Assembly: GCA_963843575.1 (NCBI GenBank)
Contig: CAWJKZ010000010.1
Span: 64,001 to 128,000 of the forward strand
DNA from: an uncultured Acidobacteriota bacterium
Lineage (GTDB): Bacteria; Acidobacteriota; UBA6911
Length of the DNA stretch: 64,000 nt
Reading direction: 5' to 3'
This document shows, piece by piece, positions 48,247 to 56,040 of the stretch. Position 1 is the first letter of the stretch. Every line of letters starts with the position of its first letter. The position numbers and the translations under genes are program-made. The notes beneath the pieces were generated by a model. The model had not been told where the DNA came from, ran no database searches, and saw only the letters and a program-made list of their open reading frames with translations.

Positions 48247-48568
48247 TGCGGCACCAGCCTCCCGCGGTCCGGAGTTTGTGCCGGCATTATCCACCGCGGA
48301 ACCGCGGGACGCAACCGACGGCCGGTTCGACCTGAACCTGTGGGTCGGGCGCGCCAGGGGGGGACAGGCAAAAATGAATGGCCCGCTCCCCGCCGCCATC
48401 TGTGGAGCTCTTTGAGGCCTCGACGTGAATTCCATGCCCGAACTCTTGGGCTCCAAGGCCTGGCGCCGAGGCAGGGGGCGTTCCTGCCGCAGGTTTACCG
48501 GGAAAGAGGCGTCACACTTCAGAGCGATTTTGTTAATTTCCCGGCCCCGGAAGTCCGATCAGACACAC

Positions 48569-49390
48569 ATGGCTACTTTCGCACTAACACTCACGATGCT
48601 GCTACAAGTCGTCTCGTCTTCGGAGATGAACTGTGTCGGGTTTATCCGCAACAGCCAACTGGCGGCCGAGGTCTTTGTCGCCGGCACGAACGAGGAAGGG
48701 ACAACCGCCCTGGCGGTCGAAGGTCACCTTGTTTATCTGAACGGCCCGGGGCTGTCCACACTCAGGGCGAGCGGGATATACCGGGTCGTGCGTCCCGAAG
48801 GTGCTCTCCAGGACCGCGGGACGCGGGAAGAAATGGGGACCTATTTCAGGTCGCTGGCCACGGTGCGGATTGAGAGGGTCGACGCCGAGAGTGCCGCGGC
48901 GGTCGTCCTGAGCACTTGCCAGCCGATCGCAAAGGGGGACCTGGTCGTTCCGGCGCTCGAACCGGGCCCCGTCGAGTTCAAGGGGGAGTTGTCGAACCGC
49001 CTGACGGCGTTTCCAGCGGAGGGGTTGAGCAGCGTAATCATCCTCGGCGAGGCAGACCTGCACCAGATGGCCACCGGAAACTTCTGCTTCATCAAGGTTG
49101 GGACGCGCGACGGAGTCAAGCCCGGGGACCGGTTCACCGTGTATCGCCTGCCGCCCCCCTTCCAGAACCGCGATCTGCTGGTCAACGGCGACGGGTGGAA
49201 GCAGAGCTACCGGAAGGTGAAAGTGGCGAGCTACGACCCTCGGCTGATCGCCATGCTGCGGGAACGCAACCTCCCGCCCCGGCCGATCGGCGACATCGTG
49301 GTTGTCGAGGCCGGGGAAACTTCGGCCGCGGCCCGCGTCGTCAACAGCCTGGTCGAGATCGAGCTGGGAGACGTCGTCGTCCGGAGATAG
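48569..49390 (+). CDS. secreted hypothetical protein with FlgT-C/TsaP-like beta domains
   Basis: Hydrophobic N-terminus, GHLVYL, FIKVGTRDGVKPGDRFTVYR, EIELGDVV. Confidence 0.65.
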   Translation: MATFALTLTMLLQVVSSSEMNCVGFIRNSQLAAEVFVAGTNEEGTTALAVEGHLVYLNGPGLSTLRASGIYRVVRPEGALQDRGTREEMGTYFRSLATVRIERVDAESAAAVVLSTCQPIAKGDLVVPALEPGPVEFKGELSNRLTAFPAEGLSSVIILGEADLHQMATGNFCFIKVGTRDGVKPGDRFTVYRLPPPFQNRDLLVNGDGWKQSYRKVKVASYDPRLIAMLRERNLPPRPIGDIVVVEAGETSAAARVVNSLVEIELGDVVVRR

Positions 49391-49401
49391 CTGCGAAGCG
49401 T

Positions 49402-50001
49402 TCAGGAACCCGGCCCGGACGATTCGTCCTCGGGCGCGGCGGCCGGGGTTGCACGTTGCGGCTCCGCAAAAACTTGTGCCTCGAAGGTGTGGATGACGGT
49501 TGCAGGGTCAGCCGCCCTGTCTTCCGCCAGCCCCGCCTTGCGGCACGTCTGCGCCACAAACGTCGTCCGGTCCCAGTCGTACTGAGTGGCGACCTGTGGC
49601 AGCAGCAGGCCGCGGTTCGAACCCCGCACGATATACAGCCCGTGCCTTCCCACCTCAATCTCTTCAAGGTTCCGGATACGGCGGAACGGGGTCAACACCG
49701 AGATTTCAATGGTAAGGTGCGGCAGCTCTTCCGCGGTCACGGGCGAGAAGCGCAGGTCTTCGACCGCTGCGCTGACGGCGCAACGCTGCACGGTGCGGAA
49801 GAGCTCGCGTTCAGGTGCCAGCTGGCCGATGCAGCCGCGCAGTTCGGCGCCCCGGTGCAGCGAGACGAAGGCCCCGCTGCGCGCGCGCAGCTCCGGCCTG
49901 CTGGTGTGGTACTCCGGGACAGTGCTGGTGGCCAGGTAACTTTCCAGCGTGGCGCGCGCCAGAAGCAGGAGCTCGGTTTTGGCAGAATCGTTGAGAACCA
50001 A
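49402..50001 (-). CDS. AMMECR1-family protein (AmmeMemoRadiSam protein A)
   Basis: GAFVSL, LRGCIG, EDLRF, EISVL, GRHGL, GLLLPQVA, CRKAGL. Confidence 0.93.
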   Translation of the reverse strand: MVLNDSAKTELLLLARATLESYLATSTVPEYHTSRPELRARSGAFVSLHRGAELRGCIGQLAPERELFRTVQRCAVSAAVEDLRFSPVTAEELPHLTIEISVLTPFRRIRNLEEIEVGRHGLYIVRGSNRGLLLPQVATQYDWDRTTFVAQTCRKAGLAEDRAADPATVIHTFEAQVFAEPQRATPAAAPEDESSGPGS

Positions 50002-50024
50002 GGTTCAGCCGCCCTGTGCGTAAT

Positions 50025-50708
50025 CTAGAGGTCCACGGGGCCCTGGCGTCCCAGCGAGGCGCGCTGGCGCAGGCGCTCCATCTTCCGGAGCCGCCGCAGC
50101 TCGCGGCGCTCCTCAATGCGCTGCCGGCGGCGCTCCAGGATCTTGAGGCGCCGGTACTCCCGGTGTTTGATGCTGTTGTCGAGTCTCGACCAGAACTCGC
50201 GGAAGTATTGAACCATCGAAAGCAGGGCAAAAAACACCACCGCCCAGAGTAAGGCGTTGGCGGTCTGCAGTACCCAGCCCCCTCGCACGCGGCCGAGTAT
50301 GAGGCCGACGACCGCCGCCACCTGGGCGACCATCTTCCCCTTGCCCAGGCGGGACGCGTCGATCGTGAAGCCCTCGTGCGCCGCAATGCTGCGCAGCCCG
50401 CTGACGGCAAACTCCCGACCGATGATGATCACGACCATCCAGGCCGGGGCGATGCCCAGCTGAACGAGGGAGACGAGGGCCGAACAGATCAGCAGTTTGT
50501 CCGCGATCGGGTCGAGCAGCCGCCCTAGCGTCGTCACCTGCTTGCGTTTGCGGGCAAAGTAGCCGTCCAGCAGATCAGTGAGGGCGGCAGAAAGAAAAAG
50601 GCCGGACCCCCAGAACTCCCAATGCGCAATCTGCTTCGTGAGCAGCACGACAACCACGAAGGGGACCAGAAAGATCCGGGCCAATGTCAGTGCGTTGGGG
50701 AGATTCAT
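50025..50708 (-). CDS. pgsA: CDP-diacylglycerol--glycerol-3-phosphate 3-phosphatidyltransferase
   Basis: MNLPNALTLARI, DLLDGYFARK...GRLLDPIADK, REFAVSGLR. Confidence 0.93.
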   Translation of the reverse strand: MNLPNALTLARIFLVPFVVVVLLTKQIAHWEFWGSGLFLSAALTDLLDGYFARKRKQVTTLGRLLDPIADKLLICSALVSLVQLGIAPAWMVVIIIGREFAVSGLRSIAAHEGFTIDASRLGKGKMVAQVAAVVGLILGRVRGGWVLQTANALLWAVVFFALLSMVQYFREFWSRLDNSIKHREYRRLKILERRRQRIEERRELRRLRKMERLRQRASLGRQGPVDL

Positions 50709-50805
50709 AGCCGGCTACTTTGCTGCCACTAGGGTACCACAGCTTAAACCGGTATCGACACAAGCAAAGAATCTGCCGGCGGCGGTGCTGTCCCGGTTCC
50801 GGGGT

Positions 50806-51663
50806 TTACGATTGGAGCACCACGGCGGAGCAGCAGTGCGTGAGCACCCGCTCGGTCGTGCTGCCGAACAGCATTTCCCGCATCGGGCGGTGCCCGTACG
50901 CCCCCATGACGAGAATATCGGCAGGCGCGGCGGAGACGAGTTCGCAGATCACCTCCGACGGCTTCGTCCCTACAATGACCTGTTTCTGCGGCTTGACCTG
51001 GTGGTGAGACAAGTACGCTTCGGCGGCGGCCAGGATCTCGAGCCCGGCCTCCTCGGAAGGCGACACGATGACGACCCTGCACCCGGTTCCCGGTCGCGCG
51101 GCCAACTCGGCCGCCACCTCGAGGGCCCGGGCCGCGTGACCGCTGCCGTCGTAGGCCATCACGATGTTGCGCGGCTCCTGCCCTTCCCCCAGGCTGCGTG
51201 CCGCGACGAGCACCGGCCGGACCGAGGCGCGGATCACTTGCGACACCAGCGGGTCGGGCCTGCTTTCGGCGCCCGGAGCCCTGGTGTATCCCGACCGCGC
51301 CATGACGACGATGTCGTGAGCCACCGCGGCCCGTCCGATGATCTCGCCGGGTATTCCGGTCTGCACATCCGTGGTGCACGGCAGGTCCCGGGCGGAACAC
51401 TCGCGGGCCAGCTGTTCGAGGCGGCCCTTCGAGAGTGAGACCATTTCGTCCAGAAGCGTCTGACTCTCCGCAATCGGAGGGGTCACGACCGAAGGCATGA
51501 AACCATCCGGCGTGCCCATCACCGGAATCTCAAAAGCCTTGATGTCGATGACCGCGAGTGCGTGTATCAAACTCCGGTCCTGGCGGGCGAGCCAGAACGC
51601 ATAATCCCGGGCGCCGGCCGAGAGCGGCCCGTCCGCCACGGGGAGCAGGATTGACCGAATCAT
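50806..51663 (-). CDS. tandem-domain universal stress protein
   Basis: ILLPVADG, IVMAYDGS, VMGAYGH...FGSTTERV. Confidence 0.92.
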   Translation of the reverse strand: MIRSILLPVADGPLSAGARDYAFWLARQDRSLIHALAVIDIKAFEIPVMGTPDGFMPSVVTPPIAESQTLLDEMVSLSKGRLEQLARECSARDLPCTTDVQTGIPGEIIGRAAVAHDIVVMARSGYTRAPGAESRPDPLVSQVIRASVRPVLVAARSLGEGQEPRNIVMAYDGSGHAARALEVAAELAARPGTGCRVVIVSPSEEAGLEILAAAEAYLSHHQVKPQKQVIVGTKPSEVICELVSAAPADILVMGAYGHRPMREMLFGSTTERVLTHCCSAVVLQS

Positions 51664-51747
51664 CGATATAGCTCCGGTTCTTTGCTAGGGTTTCGACCGC
51701 AACTCATTAAACCACAAAATTCCGAACCTGAAGCAGCTTCCCGCGGG

Positions 51748-52881
51748 TCAGGCCAACCCGAGGTCGCTCTTGATCTTGAAGAGATTCATGATGTCCCTCC
51801 GGGAAACGATCCCGACCAGTCTCCCGTCTTCCATCACGGGCATGCGGCCGAGGTCGCTGCCGATCATGCGCGCCAGAGCGTCGGTAGCGTCGTCGGTAGG
51901 ACGCAGGCTGGGGACCTGTTCCACCGGCGTCATCACGTCCCGCACCTGCTTGAAGCCCCAGATCTCCCTGGGCACCTCCTTGACCTGTGTCAGCGACACC
52001 ATGCCGATGAATTCGTCACGATTGAACACCGGGAACGTCGTGAACTGGTGCTTGTAGATATAGTCCCGCACGAGATCATCCACGGGCGTGAGCCAGTCGA
52101 CCGTGACGAGGTTCTCGGTCATGATCTGCCGGACCTGCACGCCTGCCAGCGCCTGCCGCAGGACCACGGCCTGGTAGCTGCCGAGCGCGCTCTGCTTCAT
52201 GAACAGCCCGATCAGGATCAGCCACAGCCCCGAGACGATGCTCTGGGTGAAGAAGAACTGCAGGAACCCCAGGATCACCAGGAACAGCGCGAACGAGTTG
52301 CCGATCTGGCTGACGACCTTGGTCGCGCGGGCCATGTTGTTCCAGCGGTCCCACAGCACGGCGCGCAGCAACCGCCCGCCGTCCAGCGGGAATCCCGGGA
52401 TGAGGTTGAAAACCGCCAGCACCACATTGGCGGTCGCGAGATAGCCGGCGATGGCGGCGACCGCGTGCGCCCGGCCGAGCAGGAAAAGATAGAGATACAC
52501 GGCGCCGAACCCGAGCGCCAGGCCCATGCTCGCCGCCGGGCCCGCCAGCGCGATCAGGAATTCGTGACGGCCGGAGTTAGGCTCGGACGAGACCTGGGAG
52601 ACGCCGCCGAAGATGAACAGGCGGATGCTGGTGACCTGGATCCCGTGCCGCACGGCCACGATCGAGTGGGCCAATTCATGCAACAGCACCGAGAGGAACA
52701 ACAGTGTCGCCGTGATCAACCCCATCGCCCAGTACTGCGGCTTGGAAAAGTGCGCGTGGGTTTGAGGGAAAAAATTCTCCGCCATCGTGTAGATCACGAG
52801 GAAGAAGATGATAAACCACGAGTAGTCGATCGTGATCTGGATACCGGCCACACGAAGGAGTTTAAGGCTGCGAAATTGCAT
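51748..52881 (-). CDS. site-2 protease (M50) with CBS pair; start 52881 or 52890
   Basis: HELAH, ALAGP, FNLIPGFPLDGG, two CBS domains. TATAAT on the minus strand at 52889-52894. Confidence 0.93.
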   Translation of the reverse strand: MQFRSLKLLRVAGIQITIDYSWFIIFFLVIYTMAENFFPQTHAHFSKPQYWAMGLITATLLFLSVLLHELAHSIVAVRHGIQVTSIRLFIFGGVSQVSSEPNSGRHEFLIALAGPAASMGLALGFGAVYLYLFLLGRAHAVAAIAGYLATANVVLAVFNLIPGFPLDGGRLLRAVLWDRWNNMARATKVVSQIGNSFALFLVILGFLQFFFTQSIVSGLWLILIGLFMKQSALGSYQAVVLRQALAGVQVRQIMTENLVTVDWLTPVDDLVRDYIYKHQFTTFPVFNRDEFIGMVSLTQVKEVPREIWGFKQVRDVMTPVEQVPSLRPTDDATDALARMIGSDLGRMPVMEDGRLVGIVSRRDIMNLFKIKSDLGLA

Positions 52882-53053
52882 ACTTGCCATTATACGAGGT
52901 CGGCCCTTAATTATTGAGCTTTTGAAGGAACCCCTCACCGCGCCCGCCTGCCGCTCCAGCGCGCCCGGGCGATCCCCGGACGTGAGCCGTCTCCGCCCCG
53001 GATCGATTGACGCGGTGTGATAAAATGATCTGTTTCGGAGGGAGATCCAAATC

Positions 53054-54094
53054 GTGATTAAGGCACTCATACTTGCCGGCGGCAAAGGCGCGCGCCTTCG
53101 CCCGCTCGCGTTGCACACGCCCAAACCTATCGTGCCCCTGGCCAACATACCTTTTCTGTTTTTTCAGATCGACCACATCAAACAGGCCCGGATCACGGAA
53201 ATAATCCTGAGCCTCTCGTACCAGCCGCGCAAGATCACCGACATCTTCGGTGACGGCATGAAGTACGGGGTCACGATGCGTTACACCCACGAGGACTTGC
53301 CGCGGGGAACGGCGGGGGCGTTCAAGGCCGCCGAGAATCTCATCGACGATACGACGGTCGTCCTGAACGGCGACGTCCTGACCGACACCGACCTGCTCGG
53401 CGTAATCCGGTACCACAAGGAAAAACAGGCCGAAGCCACCATCGTGATGGCCCGTGTCATGAATCCCGCCGGTTACGGGCTGGTGGAAACCGACGTGGAA
53501 GGCCGGGTGGTCAGGTTCACGGAAAAACCCGCGGAGGATGAAGTCACGGGTGACACCATCAACGCCGGGATCTACATCCTCGAGCCCTCGGTGCTGCAGC
53601 GCATCTCCGTGGAAGGACCGCAGAGCTTCGAACGCGAGGTGTTCCCGGGCATGCTGCAAGATGGGGCGCGATTCTATGCCTATCTCACGCGGGGCTACTG
53701 GCAGGACATCGGGAGCCCGCAGAAATACCTCGAGGCTCACTACGGCATCATCTCCGGCCGCATGAAGCTCCCGGGGTACCCGTTGAAAGCCTGCCCTCCG
53801 AATGATTGGGACAAGCGCAACGTCAAGATCGACTCGTACTCGATCCTCGACGGCGGGTGCGTGATCAAACCGGGGGTGGCCATCGAGAATTCGGTCCTCG
53901 GCGAGGACTGCCGGGTCGAGGAGGGCACCCTGATCAAGGACTCGGTCATCTGGAGCGGCACCCGCATCCGGGCCACCGCGCGAATCGAGCGCGCCATCAT
54001 CGGAAGGCAGTGCCACATCGGCGAAGGTGTGCGGCTGCGTCCGGGGACCGTGCTCGGCGACAAGACAATCGTGACCGACTACAGCGTGCTTTAG
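53054..54094 (+). CDS. NDP-sugar synthase (GDP-mannose pyrophosphorylase-like) with left-handed beta-helix tail
   Basis: ILAGGKGARLRPL, PKP, GTAG, NGD, FTEKP, INAGIY, WQDIG. GGAGG RBS before GTG. Confidence 0.9.
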   Translation: MIKALILAGGKGARLRPLALHTPKPIVPLANIPFLFFQIDHIKQARITEIILSLSYQPRKITDIFGDGMKYGVTMRYTHEDLPRGTAGAFKAAENLIDDTTVVLNGDVLTDTDLLGVIRYHKEKQAEATIVMARVMNPAGYGLVETDVEGRVVRFTEKPAEDEVTGDTINAGIYILEPSVLQRISVEGPQSFEREVFPGMLQDGARFYAYLTRGYWQDIGSPQKYLEAHYGIISGRMKLPGYPLKACPPNDWDKRNVKIDSYSILDGGCVIKPGVAIENSVLGEDCRVEEGTLIKDSVIWSGTRIRATARIERAIIGRQCHIGEGVRLRPGTVLGDKTIVTDYSVL

Positions 54095-54125
54095 CCGAAC
54101 CCTCCGCTGGCCCGATCGATCCGGC

Positions 54126-55949
54126 TCATGCGCTGCCGTCGGGTGCCGGCGCGGCCGTCCTGGCGAAAAACTCGACGATCTGGCTCGCCGCCTTGGGACC
54201 GACATAGGGGGCAAGTTCCTCGAACCTGGCGTGCCGCACGCGTTCCAGGCTCCCGAAGGCCCTCAGCAGCACCTTCTTCCTCACCTCCCCGATGCCGGGG
54301 ACGTCCATGAGCTCCGAATCGAAATCGCGCAGTTCCCGCCTCTTCCGGTGATAGCTGACGGCAAAGCGGTGAGCCTCGTCGCGCATGACCTGGACCAGGT
54401 GGAGGATGGGAGAGCTCTTGTCCAGGACAACGGGTTCATCCCTGCCCTTCAGAAAGATGAGTTCTTCCCTCTTCGCTATCGCGGCCACCGGCTGATCCTC
54501 GAGACCCAGCTCCTCGAGCGCCGCGGCGGCGGCGGCCAGCTGCCCCCTCCCCCCGTCGATCAAGACGAGGTCCGGCAGCCGGCCTTCGTCCTGCTCCAGC
54601 ACGTTCTCGTAGTGGCGATGGACCACTTCGCGCATGGAGGCGAAGTCGTCGGGTCCCTTGACGCTCTCTATCTTGAATTTGCGGTAGCCGCCCCGCTTCA
54701 TCTCGCCGTTCTCGCACACAACCATGCTGGCAACCGTCTCGCTCCCCTGGACGTGGGAGATGTCGAAAGTCTCGATCCTGCGCGGGAGGCTGTCGAGGCC
54801 CAAGGCGGCCTGCAGCGGCTGCAGAATCTCCTCCCCCTTCGGTTTGAGGACGCGGAAGCGCGTCTCGAACGACATCTGCGCGTTGCGCATGACCAGGTCG
54901 AGCAAGCCGGCCTTGAGCCCTCGCCGCGGAGATCGGATGTGCACGCGACTCTTCTTGCGTTCCGACAACCATGTCTCCAGCACCTCGGCGTCTTCGATGT
55001 CTGCCGGGATGTAGATCTCCTTGGGTGTAAAGGTGTCCTGGAGGTAGTACTGCTTGAGGGCCGCTCCGAAAAACTCGCCCGGATCGAACGCGATCAGGTC
55101 CTCCCAGTAGAACTCCCGGCGTCCCATAATCCGTCCCCCGCGCATGGCGAAGACGGCCATGGCCAGGCGCTCCCCTTCGTTGTGGTATCCGAACAGGTCC
55201 GCGTCGTCCTGCCCTTCCAGCAGCATTTTCTGGCGCTCGGACATGTCGCTCACCATCGCGATCCAGTCCCGGTACAGGGCGGCGGCCTCGAAACGCAGGT
55301 CCTCTGCCGCCTCTGACATGCGTTGTTCCAGCTTGCGGATCAACTCCTCCGTTTTTCCCGAGAGCAGCAGCTTGACGTCCTCAACGGCGCGGTCGTACGC
55401 CTCCTTGCTGCAGAGCCCCGTCACGCAGGGGCCCAGGCAGCGCTTCATCTGGAAGTCAAGGCACGGTCTCGCCATCGAGCCGTCGATCTCCAGGTTGCAG
55501 GTGCGCAGCCTGAAATACTTGTTGACCAGCTTTATGGTGCGGCGCGCATAGCTCGCCGGCAGAAACGGCCCGAAGTACAGCGCCCCGTCGCGCCTCACCC
55601 TCCGGGTGATGAAGATCCTCGGGAAAGGTTCGTTGACGGTCAGTTTGAGGTAGGGGAAGCTCTTGTCGTCTTTGAGGTTGACGTTGTAGCGCGGCTGGTT
55701 CTTCTTGACGAGCGTCGACTCGAGTATCAGGGCTTCGACTTGGTTGTCAGTGACGATGTACTCGAGGTCGGCCACCTCGGAGACCAAGCGGCTGGTCTTC
55801 GGGTCGAGGGGGCGGCTCTCCTGAAAATACGATCGCACGCGGTGCCGGAGGGAGCGCGCCTTCCCGACGTAGATAATCTCGTCCCGGGCATTTTTATACA
55901 GGTACACGCCCGGGGAAGCCGGGAGTTGGTCGATCTTGTCCTGGAGCAT
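54126..55949 (-). CDS. uvrC: excinuclease ABC subunit C
   Basis: PGVY, YVGKA, RVRSYF, LKDDKSFPY, FDISH, DDFASM, LIDGGRGQ, RDEAHRFA, HhH. Confidence 0.98.
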   Translation of the reverse strand: MLQDKIDQLPASPGVYLYKNARDEIIYVGKARSLRHRVRSYFQESRPLDPKTSRLVSEVADLEYIVTDNQVEALILESTLVKKNQPRYNVNLKDDKSFPYLKLTVNEPFPRIFITRRVRRDGALYFGPFLPASYARRTIKLVNKYFRLRTCNLEIDGSMARPCLDFQMKRCLGPCVTGLCSKEAYDRAVEDVKLLLSGKTEELIRKLEQRMSEAAEDLRFEAAALYRDWIAMVSDMSERQKMLLEGQDDADLFGYHNEGERLAMAVFAMRGGRIMGRREFYWEDLIAFDPGEFFGAALKQYYLQDTFTPKEIYIPADIEDAEVLETWLSERKKSRVHIRSPRRGLKAGLLDLVMRNAQMSFETRFRVLKPKGEEILQPLQAALGLDSLPRRIETFDISHVQGSETVASMVVCENGEMKRGGYRKFKIESVKGPDDFASMREVVHRHYENVLEQDEGRLPDLVLIDGGRGQLAAAAAALEELGLEDQPVAAIAKREELIFLKGRDEPVVLDKSSPILHLVQVMRDEAHRFAVSYHRKRRELRDFDSELMDVPGIGEVRKKVLLRAFGSLERVRHARFEELAPYVGPKAASQIVEFFARTAAPAPDGSA

Positions 55950-55980
55950 TCAGGAATTTAATCACAGAACGGCCCCAGTG

Positions 55981-56038
55981 TGGAGGGGGGGCGGGGTCGG
56001 CCGGACCCCGCCCGGAATATCAGGAAGCGCGCACTCCA
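55981..56038. repeat. hairpin or degenerate REPIN-like element downstream of the beta-propeller gene
   Basis: GGGCGGGGTC-GGCCG-GACCCCGCCC hairpin bracketed by TGGAG and GCACTCCA. Confidence 0.45.
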
Positions 56039-56040
56039 CT

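Noticed and set aside
48287-48295. TTATCCACC DnaA-box-like site
   Set aside because: Single imperfect copy with no cluster or origin context.
49402-50001. AMMECR1 gene without MEMO1 or radical SAM partners
   Set aside because: Unlinked members of this trio are common; the partners may be elsewhere.
4800-54094. Three sugar-phosphate nucleotidyltransferases in one window as a polysaccharide locus
   Set aside because: They are far apart, in unrelated contexts, and have no glycosyltransferase or export genes.
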